A DNA stretch of 64,000 nucleotides from the human T2T-CHM13v2.0 reference genome, Homo sapiens. The notes beneath the pieces were generated by a model. It saw only the letters and a program-made list of their open reading frames with translations, searched no databases and was not told where the DNA came from. The stretch lies in the NCBI RefSeq assembly GCF_009914755.1, contig NC_060926.1, one strand, 5' to 3'. Below are positions 40,703 through 52,794 of the stretch, piece after piece. How positions within the stretch are numbered: position 1 is the stretch's first letter; each line of letters opens with the position of its first letter. Position numbers and translations under genes: made by a program.

Positions 40703-41724
40703 GTAGCACATATTCTTAACATGGTCATCTAAAGTCACAGTCAACTAAATCTGTTCTAGTGTTTTTTTTTTTTTTAAGAACACAGTCAAGGATCATTGTG
40801 GATTCACTCTCAGGAAACTTCCCTGGCCTTAAGAATAAGAAGAAGCATTCCAGAAGGAAATCATAATGAAAAATGTTCAAGAATTCAGAAAATCAGGCAC
40901 CTTTCAACATAAGCAACATTTTGCTGCTATTCTGAACAAACCATAAAGACTTATTGGGAGGAAAAGATGTGACCTTCATTTAAACTGGCTTTATTAGATT
41001 TCCCTTCTAGGCCCAGGCATATTTAGTCAAAGGAGAGCTTGGATCAGAGACTGAACTGTTTTTGAGAAAGTCTGTGCGCTGAAGCCTTGCAGGGAACTAT
41101 CCTTGGTGCTGGCCTCGAATTCCTTCTGCCAACACCTCTCTTACATGCTAATTTGATCCTAATCTTTCTATAGACAAAGTTCCTATCACTGTGGTCCATT
41201 GTGCTCATTGAGATACACTTCTCGCTTGATGAATATTTTTAGCTATGGTCCAGCCAGGATTCAGCCAGACCTCTAGCATCACATGCAACTCAATGCTAGC
41301 CTGTCTCTTCTGTCCTGCTCTATTCCTGTCTATGTCACCCAGGATACCCACCAGGGCAGTTCATTCCAATGCGCCCTTACAAAGTGCTGTGAGTCATGCT
41401 GTTGAGAAGGGTGAGAGACTCACTTCCAAGGGAGTAAATGCATCAGGGAGGGCAAGACATTCTGCAACTGGCTACTGTAGCTATCCTTTCAAGTAATAAT
41501 GGCGTCTCCCTGTACCTACTTCCCCCATGACCTGGTAACCATTAATATGACTATGACAAGAAAACATGACAAGCGTCAAGGTCTGACGGTTCTAACGCAG
41601 ACAGGTCAGTTCATACACATCACCCCAGCATGTAACACCCATGAACCATATGACAAATACCCTCGTCTCTTCTTTTCACTTAGTGTAGCTCCTAATTTAA
41701 AGGATTATAGATTATATGTCACTA

Positions 41725-41965
41725 AACAATTTATTGGTACCTATATTCCAAACCCCATTTTAAGTGCTTTGCATGTATTAACTCATATAATTTTCAAGAT
41801 AATAATTTCTATGTGTAGTTATCATACTTCTCCCCAATAATTAGATGAAGCACGTGAGACAGGCAGGTCAAGTGACTAGCTCAAGGTCACACAGAGTGTA
41901 AGTGGTAGAGCTGGAATACAAACTCAGGCAATTTGGCTCCAGCATCCATTATCCAAACTGCTTCA
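41725..41965 (-). mobile_element. MIR, near full length
   Basis: TAAGTGCTTTGCATGTATTAACTCAT...AAGTGACTAGCTCAAGGTCACACAG...AAACTCAGGCA. Confidence 0.8.
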
Positions 41966-42356
41966 TGACACTAAGGGTATATAGGGAGTTGTAAAGGGGA
42001 CTCCTGTCTCAGAGGGGAGGCTGGACTAGAACTGTTAGGTTCCTTCCAGTTTGAAACTTCTGTGATTCCAAGAAGAAACATATTTTTCTTATACAAATGA
42101 TCTTTTCCAACAATGCATATTATATGCTAACATACAATTTATAAAATTATAATTCATTTAGAAATTATTTTTGGCTCAATTGCTCAGGTATTCAATTTTT
42201 GCAGTGTTGCATATGTTTATATAATAATATTTGCATAGTATCACTTTGAGTTTCTACTTGCATGTTAAATTTTTAAATCTCATAATAAAATTCCTAGAGG
42301 GAATTATTTAACATACCTCTGAACATGTTTTCTCATGGACCCAGAAAAGTTAATAT

Positions 42357-42552
42357 AAATTCAAAATCCAAAACGTTTTGAGCATCGACAAGATATGCAA
42401 AGGAAATGCTCATTGGAGTATTTTGTATTTCAGATTTTTGGATTTGGAATGCTCAACCAGTAAGTACAATGCAAATATTCCAAAATCTGAGAAAATCTGA
42501 AATTTGAAATACTTCTGTTTCCAAGCATTCTGAATAAGGGATACTTATCTTG
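42357..42552. mobile_element. MER46C/Tigger4-type fragment
   Basis: AAAGGAAATGCTCATTGGAG...TTCAGATTTTTGGATTTGGAATGCTCAACC...AAGCATTCTGAATAAGGGATACT..TG|TA. Confidence 0.8.
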
Positions 42553-43074
42553 TATTACTGTCCTTAACATTTTTTTATTCTTAGAGGAATAAAAAATAAG
42601 ATATTTCAAGTACATGGATTTTCCAGATAAATTATTAGCTGCCCATTCAATCAAGCAAACTTAAAAAGTGTGGAAATTACTTTCCAGAAATGAAGCATAT
42701 TCTTTTAAGTCTTCTTGGTATGACCTGAAGATAATTTTACTTTTCCATGATCATTTAGAATAATCACTATAACTATCAATGCTGAGCATATATCATAAAT
42801 TTCCTGTCCCTTTCCTTAATGTCACTTGTATGCCACTGTTATTGCCATAGGTACCTCTAAGAGTAATTTATATCCATACAATACTCCTCTTGCTGCATTG
42901 CTATGAATTTAGAAACCTTATAACCAAGTTGGTTAGCAATGTAAAACAAGGTAGGAGTACACTATTTATAAGTGAGAACCACAGTCCTCAAAAAGTAAAG
43001 CACTTGCAATTTAGTACATGGATCCTAAGGCAACTGCTTTAACAACAAAACCTTTTTAATTTCTTTTTAGATTT

Positions 43075-43515
43075 TGATATAGTTTAGATATGTGTCCCTA
43101 CCCAAATCTCATGGTGAATTTTAATTCCAAATGTTGGAGGTAGGGCCTGGTGGGAGGTAACTGGATCACGGTGATGAATTTCTCACGGATGGCTTAGCAT
43201 AATCTTCCTGGTGCTGCTTAGCACAATCCTCTTGGTGCTGTTCTCATGACAGTAAGCAAGTTCTCATGAGATCTGGTCCTTTAAAAGTGTGTGGCACCTT
43301 CCCCTCGCTCTCTTGTTCCTGGTTTCACCATGTGATGTGCCTGCTCCCCCTTTGCCTTACGCCATGATTGGAAGCTTCCTGAGGCCTCCCCAGAAGCAGA
43401 TGCCACTATGCTTCCTATACAGCCTGCAGAACTGTGGGCCAATTAAACTTTTTTTATTTATAAATTACCAAGTCTATAGTATTTCTTCATAGGAATGCAA
43501 GAATGGCCTAATACA
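43075..43515 (+). mobile_element. MSTA-like solo LTR (ERVL-MaLR)
   Basis: TGATATAGTTTAGATATGTGTCCC...GGCCTAATACA; GCTTCCTGAGGCCTCCCCAGAAGCAGATGC; internal 24-bp tandem duplication at 43192-43239. Confidence 0.9.
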
Positions 43516-43619
43516 GGTTCTCGGCTATGTCCTAGGGAATTGAGGTCATGACAGATGAGTGACTCTCCCATACATTTTACAGCAACATAGGCAGTTGTAA
43601 TTTTTACTACAGCAATGAG

Positions 43620-43835
43620 GCAGATAGGTATCTTATGTCAGATGCTGTGGTAAGTATATCACTGTGGTAAGTAAGTATATTATGACATTTTCTTTTGCCA
43701 CAATTTTCTGAGGTAGGCATTACTGTCCCCATTTGTAGACAATCAGATCACAGAGTTAAAGTAACTTGCCCCAGACCAATCAAACCTTGATAGAGGCAAA
43801 ATTCAAACCCAGGTCCCTCTCACCCAGCGTACCAC
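43620..43835 (-). mobile_element. MIR
   Basis: TGAGGTAGGCATTACTGTCCCCATTTGTAGA...AAGTAACTTGCCC...ATTCAAACCCAGGTC. Confidence 0.7.
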
Positions 43836-46800
43836 TACATGGGGAGCAGGGGGAGGTTCATTTAAGGAAGAAAAAGGGGTTGCTAGATAACACCATTGTG
43901 GATCCAATCTAGCTTGTATAAGTCTTTCAAAAATGGTTCATATTTAAAAGTAGACATGACATCTAGGGTGCTATGATCGGACACCTGCAATCAGTCAATA
44001 TTTCCTGAAAATCTATTACATGGATTTTTATAAGTATCTATTACAAGGGATTTCCCAGTCCCCTGAAATGAGCGCTACTTGCCACATGTAATGGTATAGG
44101 CTAACAATTATCCCCAGGCATATCAGGCTGTGCTAGGGGACACAAAAAAGAAAAGGAAATTGGGGCAGTGAACATCAGTGGTGCCAGAAGATGCTCCCTG
44201 ACTATTCACTCTCATTTATTTTCCTGCTCCAAACAAGCTATAATCGATTTTGGAAACCCATTGGACAAAAAGAAATGTTTACAAGGATTTTTCTGGTTAT
44301 ATAGCTAACTCCTTTAGAAAAGAAAATATCCCTCAGGCCCTGGTAAGATTGGCTGCCCAAATCAAGAAAATCCTCTCAGTTACTACGCGGCTGTCAGTGC
44401 AAACAGGCACTTGTAGAAGCTGTTGGTCAAAACCCCCTCCGACACAGAAACAGTGTTTCAGAAATGCCTCTCTAGTTTACACATGTAGAAATGCCGTCAC
44501 TGGTATAGATTCGGTTTCAGGGAAGAAAATAAGAAGTTTAATCACTGAGAAATTTCCCATCAAATCACAGAATCAGAAAATTAACTGTGAGATGGGAATG
44601 ACCTTGGGGGTCACAGGGGCCATCTCATGATGAAGTATTCTGGGGAGGCACCTGTTCTTAGGGTGATGGATGGGCACCTCACACTCAGTGCCTGCAAGGG
44701 CTGGGCAAGGAAAGCAAGTTGAGGGACAGGCCAAGGGAGCAGCCCAGCCGCCGTGTTTGTCTCTATCTGACCACGCCTGCTGGGCACCATGGTGAGCCTG
44801 TGTTGAAAGGTCTCTCAGTTCTCAGAAGAAGGTGTAAATCCGAACTTTATAGATATCTCCATATTTTTAAATGGTGGAAAGGATCTGGGGGCTGCATGAG
44901 GACCCCAGGATGAAAGCTTCACCTCTGATTGGAAAAACAAGTGACTCAAGGTAAGTACAAAGCATTCTGACTGGTCATTTGGATGAAGCTAGGTTGACAT
45001 GTGGAAATCTTAAGACATAAAAACTAAGTTATTGCAAATATTATTTTTTATCATAAATAGCGGATACACAGGCACAAAGTGAGGCTTGGGGATTATCTCA
45101 GTTCAGGCTGCTGTAGGGGAATACCATAGACTGGGTGGCTAAAGCAACAGAAATTTATTCTCTCACAGTTCTAGAGGCCAGAAGTCCAAAATCAAGGTGT
45201 CAGTAGGGCCATATTCCCTCCAATGCAGCGGGAACCTATCCCTTGTCTCCTGCAGCTTCTGGTGGCTGCTGCCTTCCTTGGCTTGTGGCTGCATCTCTCT
45301 CTCTCTCTCACATCTTCACATTGCATCCTCCTCTATGAATTCTGTGAGAGGATATATGCATTAAGGGACCATCTGGATAACTCAAGATAAACTCCTCCTT
45401 TAAGATCAATAATCAGAGTAAGATGGTGGAATACAAGGCTTTGCCGATTGTTCCCCCTACAAGGACACCAAGTTAACAACTTCATACACAGAAAAAAAAA
45501 ACACCTTCATAAGTACCAAAAATCAGGGGAGTATTCACAGTACCTGACTGTAACTTCATATTGCTGAAAGAGGCACTGAAGAGATTTTTTTAAAAATCCT
45601 GAATCACTGACACCATCCCTCCCCTACCCCCAGCAGCAGCAGAGGCATGGTGCCAATAGCATCTCTTGGTGCTGGGGGAGGGAGAACACAGTGATTGTGA
45701 AGCATCAAATTCAGTGCTATCTTGATAGAGCAGAAAGGAAAACCGGACCAAACTCAGCTGCTGCCCACTCTGAGAGGGAGCATTTAAACCAGCCTCAGCC
45801 AGAGGGGAATCACAGATCCCAGCTGTTGGAACTTGAGTGCCTGCAAACCTTGCCACTGAGGGCCACATTGCTCCATGTCTCCGAGTAAACTTGAAAGGCA
45901 GTCTGGGCCATAAGGATTGCAACTTTTAGGTGAGTCCTGGTGCTGAACTAGGCCCACAGACAGTGGTCTGCTGGCGGGTGGGTGGGGCATGTGACTTTCT
46001 GAGATACCAGCTGGGGCAGCCAAGGGAGTGCTGGCATCACCCCTCCCCTACCCCAGCTGCACAGCTCACAGCTACAAAAGACACCCCTTCCTTCTACTTG
46101 AGGAGAGGAGAGGGAAGAGTAGGGAGGACTTTGTCTTGCATATTGGATACCGGCTGAGCCACAGCAGGATACGGCACTGGTCAGAGTCATGAGGCCCCAC
46201 TTCAGGACCTAGTTCCCAGACCACATATCTAGAAACACTCTGGGCCAGGAAGGATCCCACTGCCTTGAAGAAAAGGACCCAGTCTTGGCAGCATTCCTCA
46301 TTTGTTAACTGAAAAGTCCCTGGGTCCTGAATAACCAGCAGTGATGCCCAGGTACTATGTAGGTAAGGACCTTGGTGAGCCTCTGAGACTTGCTGACTTC
46401 AGGAGAAACTCAGTACCTTACCAGCTGTGGTGGCAAAGGGGCAAAACTCCTTCTGCTTGAGAAAAGCAGAAGGAAAAGTAAAAAGGGCTTTGTCTTGTAC
46501 CTTAGGCACCAGCACAGCCACAGGGGAGAAAAGCACCAAGCAGGCTCTTGGGTTTCCCAGTTTTAGGACTTGACTCTTGGATGACATGTTTGGACCTTCC
46601 CAGAGGGAAGGGCAATGCCCTGAAGGGTAAGTCCCAGGCCAGGCAGCATTTACCAGAAGTTGACCTAAGAAACCTTGGGCCTTAAGGGAACATTTGCTAG
46701 TTTGGCAGTACTCCTCATGGCTTGGGATGGCAGTGGGTATGGGTGAGGCTCCTATGGATTTGGAAAGAAGAGGGAGGAATGAGAAGGACTAGGTCTTGTG

Positions 46801-47068
46801 GTCTGAGTGCCAGCTCAGCCACAGTACAATAGAACACCAGGTAGACTTCTAAGGTTTCTGATTCTAGTCCCTGACTCCCAGATGGCACTTATGGACCCAC
46901 CTAGGGGCCTGGGGGACCTCACCACCCTGCAGGGAAAAACACAGGCCTGGATGGCTTTGCCACCTGCTTATTGTAGAGCCCCAAGGGCTTTGAGAAGATA
47001 CAGGAAGTAGCCAGGGAGTGGTTACAGCAGGTCTCGGGCGAGACCCAGTGCTGTACTGGCTTCAGGTC

Positions 47069-47455
47069 TATATGAGTCTGTTCTCACAGTGCTATAAAAA
47101 AACCTGAGACTGGGTAATTTATGAAGAAAGGAGGTTTAATTGACTCACAGTTCTGCAGGTTGTACAGAAAGCATGGTTGGGGAGGCCTCAGGAAACTTAC
47201 AATCATGGTAGAAAGGCAAAGGGGAAGCAAGCACCTTCTTCACATGGTGTACCAGTGGGGAGAGACAGAGCAAGCGAAGGGGGAAGTGCTACACGTTTTT
47301 AAACAACCAGATCTCATGAGAACTCACTATCATGAGAAGAGCAAGGGGAAAATCTGCCTCCATGATCCAATCACTTCCCACCAGCTCCTCCCACAACATT
47401 GGCAATTACGATTAGATATGAGATTTGGTTGAAGACACAGAGCCAAACAATATCA
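47069..47455 (-). mobile_element. THE1D-like solo LTR inside the L1 5'UTR
   Basis: GAGGCCTCAGGAAACTTACAATCATGG, AAACAACCAGATCTCATGAGAACTCACTATCATGAG, end AGCCAAACAATATCA; TSD AGGTC/AAGTC. Confidence 0.88.
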
Positions 47456-47822
47456 AAGTCTAACCTGCACAGTCTTAGTGGTGGTGGCCACTGAGGTGTG
47501 CTGGTATCACTCCACTCCCAGCTTTAGGTGGCTCAGAATAGAGAGAGATACTTTGTATGTTTAGGAGAAAGTAAGGGAAGAGAACAAGAGACTCTGCCTG
47601 GTAATACAGAGAATTTTCCTGGGTCTTAATTAAGACCATCAAGGTGGTACCTCTATGAGTCTGCAAGAACCACAGTGTAACTGGGCTTGGGGTGCCCCCA
47701 AAGGAAGATACAGCTTAGATCACAACACCGAAGTCCTTTCAAATATCAGGCAAGCCTTCCCTATAAGGATGACTACAAATAAGCCCAGACAGTAAAGACT
47801 AGAATGAATACCTAACTCTTCA

Positions 47823-48770
47823 ATGCTCAGACATCAAAGAACACCTAGTAGGATCAACACCACCCAGGAAAGCATGACCTCACCAAATGAAATAAATAAG
47901 GAACCAGAGACCAAACTTGGAGAAACAGAGAGATGCGATCTTTCAGACCAAGAATTCAAAATAGCTGTGTTGAGGAAACTCAAAGAAATTCAAGATAACA
48001 CATATAAGCAATTCAGAATTCTATCAGATAAATTTAGCAAAGAGATTGAAATAATTAAAAAGAATCAAGCACTAATTCTGGAGTTGAAAAATACAATTAG
48101 CATACTGAAGAACACATCAGAGTCCTTTAACAGCAGAATTGGTCAAGCAGAAGAAAGAACTAGTGAGCCTGAAGACAAGCTATTTGAAAATACAGTCAGT
48201 GGAGATGAAAGAAAAAAGAATAAAAAAACAATGAACCAGACCTATGGGATCTAGAAAATAGCCTCAAAAGAACAAATCTAAGAGTTACTGGCCTTAAAGA
48301 AGAGGTAGAAAAAGAGATAGGAGTAGAAAGTTTATTCAAAGGGATAACAGATAACTTCCCAAACCTAAAGAAATGTATCAGTATCCAAGTACAAGAAGGT
48401 TATAGAATACCAAGCAGATTTAACCCAAAGAAGACTACCTTAAGGCACTTAATAATAAAACTCTCTAAGGCCAAGGATAAAGAAAGGATCCTAAAAACAG
48501 CGAGAGAAAAGAAACAATTAACATAAGCTGAAGCTCTAATATGTCTGGCAACAGACTGTTCAGTGGAAACCTTACAGACCAGGAGAGAGTGAAATATTTA
48601 AAGTGCTGAAGGAAAAACACTTTTACCCTAGAATAGTATATCCATTGAAAATATCCTTCAAACACAAGGAAGAAATAAAGATGTTCCCAGACAAACAAAT
48701 GCTGAGGGATCTCATCAATACCAGGCCTGTCCTACAAGAAATGCTAAAGAGAGTACTTCAGTCATAAAGA
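47823..48770 (+). pseudogene. L1 ORF1p remnant (disrupted)
   Basis: ORF 47823-48254 reads MTSPNE...DLSDQEFKIAVLRKLKEIQ...ILELKN (ORF1p coiled coil); frameshifts and stops follow; end approximate. Confidence 0.85.
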
Positions 48771-49273
48771 AAAGAACACTAATGAGCAATAAATAGTCAT
48801 CTGAAGGTACAAAACTCAACATTTATAGTAAGCACACAGAAAAATACAGAATATTATAACCCTGTAACTCTGGTGTATAAACTACTCTTATTGTATGTAG
48901 AAAGACTAAATGATGAACTAATAAAAATAATAACTATAACACATTTTCAGGACATAGTACAATAAGATGTAAATAGAAACAAAAAAATTAAAAATGGGGG
49001 AACAAAGTTAAGGTGTAGAGTTTTTATTAATTTTCTTTTTCCTTGTTTGTTTATGCCAATAGTGTTAAGTTGTTATCAGGTTAAAGTAGTTGGTTATAAA
49101 TAGTATTTGCAAACCCTATGGTAACCTCAAACTAAAAAACATACAATGAATACACAAAAACTAAAAAGCAAGAAACTAATTCAGATCACCAGAGAAAATT
49201 ATTTTCATTACAGGAAGACAGAAATGAAAGAAAAAAGAGAAGACCATAAAACAACCAGATAACAAATAACAAA

Positions 49274-52200
49274 ATGGCAGGCAAAGTCCTTACTTGTCAA
49301 TAATAACACAATGTAAATGTACTATACTCTCCAATCAAAAGACATAGACTGGCTGAATAAACGAAAAAAGAAGACCCATTGATCTGTTGCCCACAAGAAA
49401 CATATTTCATCTATAAAGACACACATGGACTGAAAATAAGGGATGGAAAAAGATATTCCATGCCAAAGGAAATCAAAAAAGAGCAGGAGTTGCTATACTT
49501 CTATCAAACAAATCATATTTTAAGACAAAAACTTTACAAAGAGACAAAAAAGTCACTGTATATGATAAAGGCATCAATTCAGCAAGAAAATATAACAATT
49601 TTAAATAAATATGCACACAACCCTGGAGTACCCAGATGTATAAAGGAAATATTATTGCAGCTAAAGAGAGGAATAGGCCCAATACAATAATAGCTGGAGA
49701 TTGCAGGCCCCACTTTCAGCAATGGACAAATCTTTGAGACAGGAAGTCAACAAGAGAACATTAGACTTAATCTGTACTATCAACCAGATAGATCTAACAG
49801 ATATTTACAGAATATTTCATCCAAGAGCTACAGAATACACATTGTTTTCCTTGGCACATGTATCACTCTCAAGGACAGCCCATATGTTACGTAACAAAAC
49901 AAGTCTGAAAACACTCAAAAATTGAAATAATATCAAGCATCTTCTCTGACTACAATGGAATAAAACTTGAAATTAATAATGAGAGGAATTTTGGAAACTA
50001 TACAAACACATGGGAATTAAACAATATGACCCATGGGATCACTGAAAGAATTCAAAAGAAGGAAGAATTCAAAAGAGGGAAGTTTATAGATATAAGTGGC
50101 TATGTCTAAAAAGAAAAAAAACTTCAAGTGAAAAATCTAATGATGCATCTTAAAAAACTAGAAAAGCAAGAACAAACCAAACTAAAATTAGTAGAAGAAA
50201 AGAAATAATGAAGATCGGAACAGAAATAAATGAAATTGAAAGAAAAATGCAAAGTATGAATGAAACAATAAGTTGGTTTTTTGGAAAGTTAAACAAAATT
50301 GACAAACCTTTAGCCAGACTAAGAACAAAAGAGAGAATATCCAAATAAATAAAATCAGAAATGATAAAAGAGACATTATAACTCATATTGCACGAATTTA
50401 AAGGATTATTAGGGGCTACTATGAGCAACTATATGTCAATAAATTGGAAAAATCTAGAAGAAATGGAAAAATTCCTAGATACATAGAACCAAGATTGAAT
50501 GAGGAAAAAAATCCGAAACCTGAACAGACCAATAACAAATAACAAGATCGATGCCACAATAAAAATCTTCCCAGTAAAGAAGAACTTGGGACCCGATGGC
50601 TTCACTGCTAAAATCTACCAAATATTTAGTGAAGAACTAATAGCAATCCTACTCAAATGATTCTGAAAGATAGAAGAGGAGGGATTACTTCCAAACTCAT
50701 TCTACAAGGTCTGTATTACCCTCATACAAAAACCAGAGAAACACACATCAAAAAAGACCACAAGCCAATATCTCTGATGAATATTGATGCAAAAATCCTT
50801 AACAAATTAGTAGCAAACTGAATTAAACAATACATTAGGAAATTCATTCATCATGACAAAGCTGTTTTTATCCCTGGGATGCAAGGATGGTTCAACATAT
50901 GCAAATCAATTATGTGATTCACCATATCAACAGAACGAAGGATAAAAACCACATGATCATTTCAATTGATGCTGAAAAAGCATTTGATATAATTCGACAT
51001 CACTTCATGATAAACACCCTAAAAAAACTAGGGATAGAAGGAACATACCTCAACATAATAAAAGCCATATATGACAGACCCACAGTTAGTATCATACTTA
51101 ATGGAGTAAAACTAAAAGCCTTTCCTTTAATATCTGAAACATGACAAGGATACTCACTGCCACCGCTGTTATTCACCATAGTATTAGAAATCCTAGCTGG
51201 AGCAATCAGACAAGAGAAAAACATAATGGGCATCTAAACTGGAAAGGAAGAAGTCAAATTATCCTTGTTGGCAGATGATATGATCTTATATTTGGTAAAA
51301 CCTAAAGGCTCCACAAGAACTCTATTAGAACTGATAAATTCAGTAAAGTTGCAGGATACAAAATCAACATGCAAAAATCAGTAGCATTTCTACATGCTAA
51401 CAGTGAACAATGTGAAAAAGAAAAAATAATCACATTTACAACAGCCACACATAAAATTAAATAGGAATTAACCAAAGAAGTGCAAGAGCTCTATAATAAA
51501 AACTATAAAACACAATAAAAGTGATTGAAGAGGACATCAATAAATGGAACAACATTCCATGTTCATGGATTGAAAGAATCAATATCATTAAAATGTCCGT
51601 ACTATCCAAAGGCATCTACAGATTCAATGCAATCCCTATCAAAATACCAATGACATTCTTCAAAGAAATAGAAAAAATCCTAAAATATATGTGGAACCAC
51701 AAAAGATCCAGAATAGCCAAAGCTATCCTAAGCAGAAAGAACAAAACTATAGGAATCACATTACTTGACTTCAAATTATTCTACAGAGGTATAGTAAACA
51801 AAACAACATGGTACTGGCATAAAAACAGACACATAGACCAATGGAAGAGAACAGAAAATCTAGAAACAAATCCACACACCTACAGTGAACTCATTTGTGA
51901 CAAAGGTGCTAAGAACATACACTGGGGAAAAAAACTGTGTCTTCAATAAATGGTACCGGTGAAACTGGACATCCAAATGCGGAAGAATGAAACTAGATTC
52001 CTATCTTTCACCATATACAGAAGTCAAATCAAAATGGATTAGAGACAAAACTCAAACTATGAAACTACTACAAGAAAATAAATATTGGGGAAAATCTCCA
52101 GGACATTGTTCTGGTCAAACAATTCTTGAGCAATACCCCATAAGCACAGGTTACCAAAGCAAAAATGGACAAATGGGATCACATCAAGTTCAAAAGCTTC

Positions 52201-52794
52201 TATACAGCAAAGGATACAATCAAGAAAGTGAAGAGACAATCCATGGAATGGGAGAAAATATCTACAAACTACCCCTCTGACAAGAGATTAATAACCAGAA
52301 TATACTTGTCCCAGTTAAAATGGCTTACATCCAAAAGATAAGTAATAACAAACGCTGGTGAGGATGTCGACAAAAGAGAACCCTTGTAAACTGTTGGTGG
52401 GAATGTAAATTAGTACAACCACTAAGGAGAATAGTTTAGAGATGCCTCAAAAAAACTAAAAATTAAGCTACCATATGATCCAGCAATCTTACTGGTTGGT
52501 ATACATCCAAAAGAAAGGAAATCAGTATATTGAAGAGATAGCTGCACTGTTGTGTTTGTTGTGGCACTGTTTATAATAGCTAAGATTTGGAAGGAACTGA
52601 AGTGTTCATCAACAGATGAATGGATACAGAAAACGTGGTACATGTACACAATGGAATACTATTCAGCCATAAAAAAGAATGAGATCCAGTCATTTGCAAC
52701 AACGTGTATGGAACTGGAGATCATTATATTAGGTGAAATAAGCCAGGAACAGAAAGACAAACATCGCATGTTTTCACTTATTTGTCGGATCTAA
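49274..52794 (+). pseudogene. L1 ORF2p (EN-RT) remnant (disrupted)
   Basis: EN-like ICCPQET and DLTDIYRIFHP; RT-like [13 protein letters not shown] and LADDMIL (51265-51288); [14 protein letters not shown]; NCWWECK (~52390); C-terminal WYMYTMEYYSAIKKNE...MFSLIC; many stops, frameshifts and deletions. Confidence 0.9.

Noticed and set aside
44250-44630. 126-aa ORF
   Set aside because: Non-ATG start, no recognisable homology; length plausible by chance in 64 kb.
49274-52794. Active reverse transcriptase or novel RT system
   Set aside because: Ordinary L1 ORF2 fossil with many stops, frameshifts and deletions, and altered FADD (LADD) and HCWWEC (NCWWEC) motifs.
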